The position numbers and the translations under genes were made by a program. A stretch of 64,000 nt of DNA, taken from assembly GCF_046313735.1 (NCBI RefSeq), contig NZ_JBKBXW010000011.1:6292-70291 (forward strand). Reading direction: 5' to 3'. Each line of letters begins with the position of its first letter. Positions within the stretch are counted from its first letter, which is position 1. Source of the DNA: Hyphomonas sp. Lineage in GTDB: Bacteria; Pseudomonadota; Alphaproteobacteria; Caulobacterales; Hyphomonadaceae. Positions 20,405-29,547 of this stretch are shown here, in pieces. The notes under the pieces were generated by a model. It was not told the DNA's origin, did not search any database, and saw only the letters and a list, made by a program, of their open reading frames with translations.

Positions 20405-20883
20405 GTCTTTGCGCTCGCGGCTCTGCAGACCGCCCAAGTCTCGCAGGTCTTTGTTTAACATGCGTATAGGGGGCAGGGCGTGCGGGCACCGGCTGCAGTG
20501 GGCCGGCCTCGGCTTTGTTAAGCCAGGCCCGGATCCTGTTAACAAAGCGCCCGGACTTACCCCGGTTTTCGAGGGAACCAGATCGCCGCTCGTGCATAAG
20601 CATCTGGAGACATGCCGGCGCGCCGCTCTCCTGTACCTCCCTGGGCGGACGGCTGGATTGCTGGCTGTCTCGCCAATTGCCTGTGTGCTGGGTTTCCCAT
20701 CCGACAGCATGCAGGCCGGTTTGGGCAGACCGCGCCTCGCGCAGCTTGTCCGAAGACCGCCGCTCAGAAGTCAGCGGCGTCATATGCGGGATCCGGCGCT
20801 CCCTCCGCCACCCGCGGGCAACCGGCTGGCCCAGAAAGGGCTGGCCGGGGCTTGCCCGGGCCGCTGTCAGCGATGGGGCGGGG

Positions 20884-21525
20884 TTAAGCTGCCTGGAGAT
20901 CCGGGAACGCTGCAGATGGCGCTTCGGCCCGGCCAGCGCTGGCAATCTCTGGCAAATCCATAGTCTGATCGCCCGCCGCAACAGCGCTGCAGCGGGCGAA
21001 ATCGTTGTGAGGATCATTGAGGATTGCCATGAGCGCCTCGCGGCCGCGGCTGACCCGGCTTTTGACCGTTCCCTCGCTGCAGCCAAGGTGGTCCCCGGCT
21101 TCCTGATAGCTGAACCCGGCCGCCAGCACGGCAATGACCGCCGCGCGCTGTTTCTCCGGGAGAAGCGACAGGGCCTTCTCGACAATCTGTGCGTCCACCT
21201 TCCAGTGCAGGGAGTCCTGACTGACAAGTGCCCGGGCGGCGTCTTCGGGATCGATTGCGACGGAGCGCCAGGCGCGGCGGGCATACTGGGCGTGCTCGTT
21301 ACGCAGGATCCGGAATAGCCAGGGCTTCATCGGCGCGCCGGGGATGAACTTGTCTTTCGCGGCCAGCGCCTTGACACAGGTGTCCTGCACAAGGTCGTCG
21401 GCGAGCTCCGCGTTTCGGCAAAGGCTGCGGGCGAAGGCGCGCAGCGAAGGCAGAAGAGCCTCCAGGGCAGCAATAAAGTCTTTTTCAGCCAGCTTGCTGG
21501 CGGCCATCTGTTCCTGGCAGGGCAT
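20884..21525 (-). CDS. ECF sigma factor, EcfG/SigT-like
   Basis: LRAFARSLC, ADDLVQDT, WLFRILRN, GFSYQEAG..LGCSEGTVKSRVSRGR. Alternative start at 21507. Confidence 0.9.
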   Translation of the reverse strand: MPCQEQMAASKLAEKDFIAALEALLPSLRAFARSLCRNAELADDLVQDTCVKALAAKDKFIPGAPMKPWLFRILRNEHAQYARRAWRSVAIDPEDAARALVSQDSLHWKVDAQIVEKALSLLPEKQRAAVIAVLAAGFSYQEAGDHLGCSEGTVKSRVSRGREALMAILNDPHNDFARCSAVAAGDQTMDLPEIASAGRAEAPSAAFPDLQAA

Positions 21526-21763
21526 CTCTCTTGTCCCTTACAATCAACTTCGGATCCAACTCCTCCTGCGTTCGCAGGCTCATCAGCAATGCTGCCAGCT
21601 TCTGAGGGATGGGTTCCCGAAGGATCGGGTCAAAAGCTACCCTCAGCCGGTAGTCGAATGTCAGCCTGATCGGCGCCGTATTGGGTAGCCCAGCTCCCAG
21701 ATGGAGAGCCGCCCGAATCGGACTGGCAGTCGAGTCATCTACCTGTGAGTGCGTGCATTCTTT
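21485..21763 (-). pseudogene. NepR-like anti-sigma reading frame lacking an upstream canonical start
   Basis: Open frame contains RLRVAFDPILREPIPQKLAALLMSL and overlaps the sigma start; no in-frame ATG/GTG/TTG precedes the core. Confidence 0.55.
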
Positions 21764-22026
21764 TTATCGGGTCAAGTCCGCCCGCGCTCCGGGTTCACCG
21801 CTGCGGGCATTTCGCCTGAAGCGAGAGGTACGAGTTAAAAGTTAACGATGTGTTGCCGGGGATGGGCCTGGGTGGAAAAATTGCAATCGATTGCAAAAAA
21901 TACAGAAAAAAGGGCCAGCTGAGGAGCATCAGCCGGCCGGAGTGTCACATGATAGATGGCATAGCAACAAGTGCTATGATGGTACTATGCATAGCGGGCG
22001 CAGAGCGTTCCAAATTTTTCTGCAAT

Positions 22027-22599
22027 TCAATCCTTGGCCCGCTCGAGATAGCTGCCGTCTTCTGTATTAACGACGACGCGGGTGCCGGCGTCGATATGTG
22101 CGGGCACCATGATACGCACGCCATTGTCGAGCTTCGCCGGCTTGTAGGAGCCGGATGCCGTCTGGCCTTTGACGACCGGTTCCGTTTCAACGATTTCTGC
22201 GGTGATGCGCTGGGGCAGGGTGATCGAGACGGGCTCGCCATTGAACATCTGCAGGGTCACGTTCATGTTCTCCTGTAGGTAGACAGCGCTGTCGCCGACC
22301 ATGGCGCCGGGCACGGTGACCTGCTCATAGCTGGCAGTGTTCATGAAGATGTAGTTCTCGCCTTCCTGGTAGAGATAGGAGAACTCCACCTCTTCGACGA
22401 ACGCCTTTTCGAGCTTGTCGGAGGTCTTGAACGTGTTGACGACCTTGATGCCGTCCGAGATGCGACGCATTTCGATCGTGGTGGTCGGTGTGCCCTTGCC
22501 GGGGCGGAAGGATTCGGCCTTCAGGACGACATAGAGCTGGCCGTCCGTATGCTCGATGATGTTGCCTCTGCGGATGTCCGCGGCGATTTCAACGGCCAT
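22027..22599 (-). CDS. efp: Elongation factor P
   Basis: RPGKG loop, [22 protein letters not shown]; adjacent to epmA/epmB. Confidence 0.96.
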   Translation of the reverse strand: MAVEIAADIRRGNIIEHTDGQLYVVLKAESFRPGKGTPTTTIEMRRISDGIKVVNTFKTSDKLEKAFVEEVEFSYLYQEGENYIFMNTASYEQVTVPGAMVGDSAVYLQENMNVTLQMFNGEPVSITLPQRITAEIVETEPVVKGQTASGSYKPAKLDNGVRIMVPAHIDAGTRVVVNTEDGSYLERAKD

Positions 22600-22724
22600 G
22601 AGATGTTCCTGAGTTGCGAGAGCGAAAGCGCCGCTATATACCGCCTCCGCGCCGTTTGGCCAGCCGGATGCTGAGGCGGGGGCCATTGCGGCCCCCTCCG
22701 GCGCCCCGAGACCGGAACCCGCCG

Positions 22725-23768
22725 ATGCCGACTGAACCCTGGTGGAGCCCTGAGGCCCATGCCCGCCGCCGCAGCCACCTGCTGGCGCGAGTGCGGGTCA
22801 AATCGGCTGTCCGCAACTGGTTCGAAACAGGCGGTTTCATCGAAAGCGAATGCGGCGCGCTGGTCGTCTCACCCGGCAATGAGGCGCACCTGCATGCTTT
22901 CGAGACACGGTATGTTGCCGAGAATGGCGCGGAGACGCAGCTGTTCCTGCACACATCGCCCGAATTCGCCATGAAGAAGCTGCTGGCAGCCGGCGAGCGG
23001 CGTATCTTCGACTTCGCGCGCGCCTACCGCAACCGGGAAGCGGGCAGGCGCCATGCGCCGGAGTTCACCATGCTGGAATGGTACCGCGCGGAGGAAGGCA
23101 TCGAGGCGGTGATGGAGGATTGCGTGGCCATCGCGCGCGAAGCGGTGTCTGCGGCGGGCAGCGGCGCGCTCCGCTGGCAGGGCGCGGTGTGCGATCCTTT
23201 TGCGGCGCCTGAAGTGCTGACGCTGACGGAAGCCTTCAGCCGCCATGCCGGGATCGACCTGGAGGCGCATCTGGAAGACGCCTCAGGGCTGCGGGTCGAA
23301 GCGATCCGGGCAGGCATCGGCGTGCCGGAGGGAGCGACGTGGACGGATGTGTTCTCGGCAGTGCTTGTGACGCGGATTGAGCCCGCGCTGGGGCAGGGGC
23401 GGCTGACTTTCCTGTCCCGCTATCCGGTCAGCCAGGCGGCGCTTTCGCGCCCCGTGCCGGAGGACCCTCGATTTGCGGAGCGCTTCGAGCTCTATGCCTG
23501 CGGGGTTGAGCTGGCGAATGGCTACCGGGAACTGACGGATGCCGCCGCGCTGGAGGCCCGGCAGGTTGCCGAGATGGATCTGAAACAGGCCGTGTACGGA
23601 GCGCGCTATCCGCTGGATACGGAGTTCCTGGCCGCTGTGGCCCGGATGCCGGAGGCGAGCGGCGTGGCCATGGGGTTCGACCGGCTTGTGATGATGGCGA
23701 GCGGTGCACGGAGCATCCGGGATGTTCTGTGGACGCCTCCGACGGCCGGGTTGGGGGACGAGGCGTGA
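22725..23768 (+). CDS. epmA: EF-P lysine aminoacylase
   Basis: [41 protein letters not shown]. Confidence 0.94.
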   Translation: MPTEPWWSPEAHARRRSHLLARVRVKSAVRNWFETGGFIESECGALVVSPGNEAHLHAFETRYVAENGAETQLFLHTSPEFAMKKLLAAGERRIFDFARAYRNREAGRRHAPEFTMLEWYRAEEGIEAVMEDCVAIAREAVSAAGSGALRWQGAVCDPFAAPEVLTLTEAFSRHAGIDLEAHLEDASGLRVEAIRAGIGVPEGATWTDVFSAVLVTRIEPALGQGRLTFLSRYPVSQAALSRPVPEDPRFAERFELYACGVELANGYRELTDAAALEARQVAEMDLKQAVYGARYPLDTEFLAAVARMPEASGVAMGFDRLVMMASGARSIRDVLWTPPTAGLGDEA

Positions 23769-24805
23769 GGCGGGTCACTTATCGCAGTGCAGAGGAGCTG
23801 CAGGGCGCGGGCCTCGTCACCGCAGATGAAGCGGTGATGGTATCCGCCGTGGCCGCGTCGTATGTGGTCGCCCTGCCGGAGCGCCTCGCTGCGCTGATTG
23901 ACCCTGCGGATCCGGCAGATCCGATCCGGGCGCAATATATTCCGTCTGCGGCAGAGCTTATCGCTGCGCCCGGCGAGGAGGCCGACCCGATCGGGGACGC
24001 GGCGCATAGCCCCGTGCCGGGGATCGTGCACCGGTATCCCGACCGGCTGCTGCTGAAAGTGACGTCGACCTGTCCGGTCTATTGCCGTTTCTGTTTCCGG
24101 CGTGAGCGGGTCGGGCCTGAAAAGGGTGAAGCGCTGAGCAAGGCGGAGCTGCAGGCGGCGCTGGATTATATCGCGGCGCAACCGGATGTGTTCGAAGTCA
24201 TCCTAACGGGCGGCGACCCGATGGTGCTGTCGCCTGCGCGGGCCGGCGAGATCACCCGGAAGCTGGAAGCCATCCCCCATGTAAAGGTGATCCGCTGGCA
24301 CAGCCGGGTTCCGGTCGCCGCGCCGGAGCGTGTCTCGCCGGAGTTTGCAGAAGCCATCCGCAGCCGGACGAAGGCGGTGTTCGTAGCCGTCCATGCCAAT
24401 CATGCGCGCGAGTTTACACCCGAGGCCCGCGCAGCGATCCGGCGCCTGGCGGAGGCGGGCATATCGCTCGTCTCGCAGAGCGTGCTCTTGCGCGGCGTCA
24501 ATGACAGTTTCGAGGCGCTGGCTGATCTGATGCGCGCTTTCCTGAGCGTCGGGATCAAGCCTTACTACCTGCACCAGCTGGATGCTGCACCAGGCACGTC
24601 GCACTTCCGGGTTCCGGCGGAGGAGGGGCAGGCAATCGTCCGCAGGCTGAGGGATGAGCTTTCAGGCCTCGCGACACCGTTTTATGTGGCGGATATTCCG
24701 GGCGGGGTGTCGAAGGCCGTCATGAACCTGCCGGATGTGGAGCAGCGAAGTGATGTCTTCCGGCTTCGCGGGCGCGATGGCGCGGACTATCCTCTGCCCG
24801 GTTGA
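23765..24805 (+). CDS. epmB: Lysine 2,3-aminomutase-like radical SAM protein
   Basis: HRYPDR, CPVYCRFCFRR, QSVLLRGVND, PYYLHQ. Confidence 0.92.
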   Translation: MRRVTYRSAEELQGAGLVTADEAVMVSAVAASYVVALPERLAALIDPADPADPIRAQYIPSAAELIAAPGEEADPIGDAAHSPVPGIVHRYPDRLLLKVTSTCPVYCRFCFRRERVGPEKGEALSKAELQAALDYIAAQPDVFEVILTGGDPMVLSPARAGEITRKLEAIPHVKVIRWHSRVPVAAPERVSPEFAEAIRSRTKAVFVAVHANHAREFTPEARAAIRRLAEAGISLVSQSVLLRGVNDSFEALADLMRAFLSVGIKPYYLHQLDAAPGTSHFRVPAEEGQAIVRRLRDELSGLATPFYVADIPGGVSKAVMNLPDVEQRSDVFRLRGRDGADYPLPG

Positions 24806-25995
24806 GGCGTTTGCCGCCCGCCCGCCAGCAGCAGCAAGGCAACCAGCCCGATGGACGTCGCCTGGCTGGAGAACAGTTCGAGCAGCGCGGCAAACAGCCA
24901 GCTGGGGAGGGCGGCGCGCTGCTCGGCCCGCAGCAGGATGTTGCCGGTCCCCTGGCCCAGGAGTTCGGCGTTGGCCGCCTCGATCCGGGCAATGAGATCG
25001 TCCCGGCGCCGGGCGAGGCCCAGCTCGTTCTGCGCGTCGCGGTAAGGTTTCTGCTCGGTGCGCCCGACCCGTTCGACCTCGGCAAGGTAGATCTCAAGGC
25101 CTTCGACCGAGCGGGTCTCCGGCGGGATGCCTTCCAGCTGGCGGCGCCAGTCCGCGATCTGGGATTCGAGGACGGCCCGGTTCGAGCCTGCAGCCGCCAC
25201 GGCGGCAGCGGCGGCTTCGGCATTGCCGCGGATGTAGATTTCTGTGCCGAGGATAGAGGCGCCTGCGCCGACGAGGGCAAAGATGAGCGCGCGGAAGGCT
25301 TCCTTCATCCGGCGGTTGGCGCCATGCCAGTAGACGAAGGTGAAGCCGCCGAAGGAAATGACCGCCGCGATCACGCCTGCCCAGCCCCAGATGCGCCCCT
25401 GAACCGGATCGCTGACGGTGGCGGAGAACGCCTGATAGTTTGCAAAACCTGAGAGGCCGGCTGCCATCAGGCCTGCGATGACGAACACCAGCGCCAGGGC
25501 GCCGATGACCCCGCGCTCGCTGCGGCCCCGGCGTTTTTCGGCCTGACGGGCGCGCAGGGCGGCAAGGCGTTCCTCGCGCTCGGCGGCCACTTCTTCCGGG
25601 GTTGGCACGCGCTGTTCCGGTCTCAGCTGCAGCACTTTTGGCTCGGTGCGGGCGACAGGATTCGCTGCCCGAGTGACTTCAGTGTATTCAGCATAAACTG
25701 GCTCAGCCACGTCAGGCTGGGGTTCGGCGGTACGGACTGCAGGAAGCAGGGCCGCTGAACGGCGCGCCTCAACTTGCCGTATAAGTTGCTTTAGCGGCCC
25801 GCCCTCTTTCTCGCTTTTGCAAAGATACGATCCGTCCTGCCAGTTCAGGACAAGGTTGTTGTCTCCAGATTCGATGCAGTTCTGATGCAGCGGGCAGGGG
25901 GCCCGCGCCTCGGTCTCGTCCTGGCTGATGTCGGGATCAAGGTCCAGGAGCGCGCAGACGCGGCGCATCTCTTCCTGACGGCTTTCATCGCTCAT
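24787..25995 (-). CDS. Hypothetical membrane protein: Zn-finger-like N-terminus, TM helices, coiled coil
   Basis: 402-aa ORF with CPLH..C motif, three hydrophobic segments, a helical region and a C-terminal hydrophobic segment. Confidence 0.75.
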   Translation of the reverse strand: MSDESRQEEMRRVCALLDLDPDISQDETEARAPCPLHQNCIESGDNNLVLNWQDGSYLCKSEKEGGPLKQLIRQVEARRSAALLPAVRTAEPQPDVAEPVYAEYTEVTRAANPVARTEPKVLQLRPEQRVPTPEEVAAEREERLAALRARQAEKRRGRSERGVIGALALVFVIAGLMAAGLSGFANYQAFSATVSDPVQGRIWGWAGVIAAVISFGGFTFVYWHGANRRMKEAFRALIFALVGAGASILGTEIYIRGNAEAAAAAVAAAGSNRAVLESQIADWRRQLEGIPPETRSVEGLEIYLAEVERVGRTEQKPYRDAQNELGLARRRDDLIARIEAANAELLGQGTGNILLRAEQRAALPSWLFAALLELFSSQATSIGLVALLLLAGGRQTPQPGRG

Positions 25996-26135
25996 GCCAG
26001 CCCCGCTTGCTGCCTTTCCGGAACCCTTAGCCGAAAGCGGCCCGGCCCGTCACCTGCGGCGCGCCAAGCCGGTCAAACTAGCGTCAGGCGTGCAGTTGAA
26101 ACACATTTACATCTTTAATCCGGGCGCCTGACCCC

Positions 26136-26150
26136 TTAATCATCAGTTAA
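26136..26150. promoter_or_regulatory. CtrA binding site
   Basis: TTAA-tcatcag-TTAA, an exact TTAA-N7-TTAA in a divergent intergenic region. Confidence 0.65.
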
Positions 26151-26233
26151 ACGGGATCGGGGCAAACTCCGGCTCATCAGGGGGAAGGCGCCAGCGACCG
26201 GCGCGATCTGAAAGACAAGGACCAGAACTGACT

Positions 26234-27124
26234 ATGACTCCGCGCTCTATCGCGATCCCTAAAAACTGGAAGACTTTTGATATTCCCAGTTTCTTCTCGG
26301 CTTTTGGCTATCCTGTCCTCGGCGTTGCTCTGTTTGTGACCATGGTGCTGCTCGGCGTGTTTGTGAGCGAGCTGACCTTCCACTGGTGGTACCTGCTGAT
26401 CGCCGGAGCGGTGATCGCTTTCTCGGTCTTCTGGTGCAATATGGGTATTGGTCCCCTGCACCGGATCCTGCAGCACCGCGCCGGCGAGCTTGCGCCGCCT
26501 GCTCAGGTGCTTGCCATGATCAACCTGATGATCGCCATGCAGGGCCGGGTGCGCGACTGGGTGAACTACCATTCCCAGCATCACCGCTTTGCCGATGGCC
26601 CGGGCGATCCGCACAACCCGTTTGAATCCAAGCGCTGGGCCTGGGTTGGCTGGATCCTCTGGCGCGACCAGAAAGATGTCGAGCGGCCGATGCCGATATG
26701 GCTGAAGAAGCATCCGATCGTCGTCTGGATGGACCGGTTCTACAGCGAAATCAGCATTGTCATCCATTTCGTCATCCCGGCGCTGATCTACCTGATCGTC
26801 TGGGCGGCGGGTGGCTCGCTGCTCCTGACCGCGCTGATCCATGCGAGTGTCGTGATCGGCCGGGCGATCCAGTTTCACGCGACGGTGTATGGCATCAATG
26901 TGCTCGGCCACCTGAAAACTCCGGTCTGGGCCGATCACATGATGGCGCTGCTGACGGGGGGTGAGGCGTTCCATGATCACCACCATGATGAGCCGCAAAG
27001 CGCCCTGCACCGCCCGCGCAAAGGCATCTGGAACCGCATTGTCGATTATAACGGCACGGTACTGCTGTTCCTCGAGAAGATCGGCTGGGTGAAGAACCTG
27101 AAGATCGCGCCACAGTTCGCCTGA
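26234..27124 (+). CDS. Membrane fatty-acid (acyl-CoA delta-9-like) desaturase
   Basis: His boxes HRILQH, HSQHH and HDHHH; DPHNP. Confidence 0.9.
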   Translation: MTPRSIAIPKNWKTFDIPSFFSAFGYPVLGVALFVTMVLLGVFVSELTFHWWYLLIAGAVIAFSVFWCNMGIGPLHRILQHRAGELAPPAQVLAMINLMIAMQGRVRDWVNYHSQHHRFADGPGDPHNPFESKRWAWVGWILWRDQKDVERPMPIWLKKHPIVVWMDRFYSEISIVIHFVIPALIYLIVWAAGGSLLLTALIHASVVIGRAIQFHATVYGINVLGHLKTPVWADHMMALLTGGEAFHDHHHDEPQSALHRPRKGIWNRIVDYNGTVLLFLEKIGWVKNLKIAPQFA

Positions 27125-27242
27125 AGGCCGCGCGCTCTCAGGAAAACGATTCTCCAAAAAGTTGTGCCGCCTCCTTTAACCAAGGGGGCGACCCCCCATC
27201 TGGTGATGGAGGGCGTGGGGGCGCACCGACGGAGGACATACC

Positions 27243-27929
27243 ATGACTGAAGCCAGCAAGACTGCTGCGAACCCGGCCCGTATTCACGCCTACATCCTCC
27301 TGGACCGCACCGGATCCATGGGCCCCATCTGGGATGAGGCGCTCTCCTCGGTGAATACTTATGCCGCTGAACTGTCGAAGCCGGAGCCGGGCGAGCCGGA
27401 ACCGGTACCCGCCGATGTCACGCTCGCCGTGTTCGACCATCATGACGGCCTGAAGTTCGATGTGCTCCGGCGCGCAGTACCCTCAGCCGGCTGGAAACCT
27501 GTCACTTCCGACGAGGCCAGCCCCCGCGGGATGACCCCGCTGTTCGATGCGATCGCGCGCATCGCCGCGCTGGCGGAGGGCGACAAACCCGACAAGGCGA
27601 TCCTCGTGATCATGACTGATGGTCATGAGAACGCGTCAGCGGAAGTCACACGGGAAGGCGCCCGGGCGGCGCTCGACCGGATCCGTGCGAAAGGCTGGGA
27701 AACTGTGTTCCTGGGCGCCGACTTTGCCAAATTCGGCGACGCGCAGAGCGTGGGCATGCGGAACGACAAGGTGATGGCAATGAGCGCAGGGTCGTTTGAG
27801 ACGTCGATGAGCAGGCTCGCCAGCAAGAGCCGGCGTTACTTCGCCGTTCCTGATCATGGCGTGGAGTTCGATGCGGACGACCGCCGCGAGGCGGGCGAGG
27901 ATGATGTCAAGCGGCGCAAGGGCAGCTGA
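27243..27929 (+). CDS. Stand-alone vWA domain protein (cytoplasmic)
   Basis: MIDAS-like LLDRTGSM, PRGMTPLFDAI, IMTDGHENAS; GGAGG RBS. Confidence 0.85.
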   Translation: MTEASKTAANPARIHAYILLDRTGSMGPIWDEALSSVNTYAAELSKPEPGEPEPVPADVTLAVFDHHDGLKFDVLRRAVPSAGWKPVTSDEASPRGMTPLFDAIARIAALAEGDKPDKAILVIMTDGHENASAEVTREGARAALDRIRAKGWETVFLGADFAKFGDAQSVGMRNDKVMAMSAGSFETSMSRLASKSRRYFAVPDHGVEFDADDRREAGEDDVKRRKGS

Positions 27930-27983
27930 TCGAGGGGGCAGGCCCGCCAGGTTTGCCCAGTTTGAATAGCTGTTCATTTTCAA

Positions 27984-28014
27984 GGGGCTGCTTCCTTGCG
28001 AGGCGGCCCTTTTT
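27984..28014 (+). terminator. Intrinsic terminator between the vWA paralogues
   Basis: GGGCTGCTTC-cttgc-GAGGCGGCCC followed by TTTTT. Confidence 0.6.
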
Positions 28015-28118
28015 CATGCCAGCGGCGCTTTCCAGACATGAACGCGCCGCATTTGGCGCGCAGCTTCCCTTGCACAGGGGACTTGCCCGCAAGACGGGCC
28101 AAACGGAAGGGACGCACC

Positions 28119-28874
28119 ATGAAACTGATCCGCACATTCTCAACGCTCATTACCGGCGCGCTGCTGGCCGCCAGCGCGGCCTATGCCAAGGCGCCGGCGC
28201 CGCAGCCGGCCGCCTCGGTTCAATCCTATATCCTTCTCGACCGGACGGGATCGATGAGCCCGATCTGGGACGAGGCCCTCGCCTCGGTGAACGCCTTTGC
28301 AGAGAGTTTCGGCAAGGACGCCCCGGGCGAGACGGTCGATCCGAACCTGCGCACGAAGGTGACGCTCGCGGTGTTCGACGCGCAGGGCGGGCTGCAGTTT
28401 GATGTGCTGCGCGACAAGGTGGCACCCGAGAACTGGACCCCCGTGACCAACGCGGAGGCTACCCCGCGCGGCATGACGCCCCTGTTCGATGCCATCGGGC
28501 GGACCATCGCCCTTGCCGAGGCAGACAATCCGGAGAAGGCCGTGATCGTGATCATGACCGACGGGCATGAAAACGCCTCGCGCGAGGTGACACGCGAGGG
28601 CGCGAAAGCTGCAATCGACCGGGCCCAGGCGCGTGGCTGGGAAGTCGTGTTCCTCGGCGCCGAATTCGCCCGGTTCAACGACGCCGATGCGATCGGCATG
28701 GCCCCTTCGCAGACGATGGCGATTGGACAGGGCCGTATGGAACAGTCGATGGACTCCCTTGCCCAGCGCGCGCGCTCCTATGGCAAGGGTGAAGCCGCTG
28801 CGATTGTGTTCGACGAGGCCGACCGCGCGCTCGCCGGCGAGGAAGAGGTCAAGGCGCGCCAGGGTCAACGCTGA
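28119..28874 (+). CDS. vWA domain protein with signal peptide
   Basis: MKLIRTFSTLITGALLAASAAYA signal; same DRTGSM, TPLFDAI and TDGHENAS motifs. Confidence 0.85.
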   Translation: MKLIRTFSTLITGALLAASAAYAKAPAPQPAASVQSYILLDRTGSMSPIWDEALASVNAFAESFGKDAPGETVDPNLRTKVTLAVFDAQGGLQFDVLRDKVAPENWTPVTNAEATPRGMTPLFDAIGRTIALAEADNPEKAVIVIMTDGHENASREVTREGAKAAIDRAQARGWEVVFLGAEFARFNDADAIGMAPSQTMAIGQGRMEQSMDSLAQRARSYGKGEAAAIVFDEADRALAGEEEVKARQGQR

Positions 28875-29058
28875 GGCGCACTACGGATCTGTCAGATCCC
28901 GGGCCGGCTTCCCACGAGATAGCGGGATACTGAGAGAAGGCTGCCCGCTCCGGTGATGGGGCGGGTGGCTTGTTTTCTGGCGCGTACCGCTGCGAGAGGC
29001 TTGCCATTCCGCCCCGATCCCGCTTCACCACGGCCTGCAATCGCAGCAGGGCAGAGCC

Positions 29059-29526
29059 ATGAAGTATTACGAAGACCTGGTTGTCGGCACCGTCACGCGC
29101 TCCTCGCGCAGCTATTAGGTGACCCGCGAGGAAGTGATCGAGTTTGCCTCAAAGTTTGATCCGCAGCCCTTTCATCTGGATGATGATGCAGCGGCGCGCA
29201 CGCATTTCGGGCGGCTGTCGGCGTCAGGTTGGCATACCGGCGCCATGGCGATGCGGATGATGGTCGATACCTGGAAGGATATGGAGCCAACCGCTGGGCT
29301 CGGCTCTCCCGGAATTGATGAGCTGCGCTGGGTGAAGCCGGTCTTCCCGGGCGATGAACTGCGGGTCGAGATGGAACTGATCGGCAAGCGGCGAATGAAG
29401 AGCCGGCCAGACATGGGCATCTCGAAATCGAAACAGACCGTCTACAACCAGAATGACGAGGTCGTCATGACGATGGTCTCGAACGGCCTGATCGGCGTGC
29501 GTAATCCCGAAGTGGCGGGGGATTAA
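29059..29526 (+). pseudogene. MaoC-family dehydratase interrupted by an in-frame TAG (29116-29118)
   Basis: MKYYEDLVVGTVTRSSRSY*VTREEVIEFASKFDPQPFHLD...GRLSASGWHT. Confidence 0.75.
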
Positions 29527-29547
29527 GCCCGCCGGCTTCGCCGCGCT

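Noticed and set aside
21830-21846. TTAA-aag-TTAAC possible CtrA site
   Set aside because: The spacer is 3 nt, not 7; half-sites only.
16698-22027. Integrative element at tRNA-Arg
   Set aside because: No integrase, and I found no duplicated tRNA 3' end (att site) by eye.
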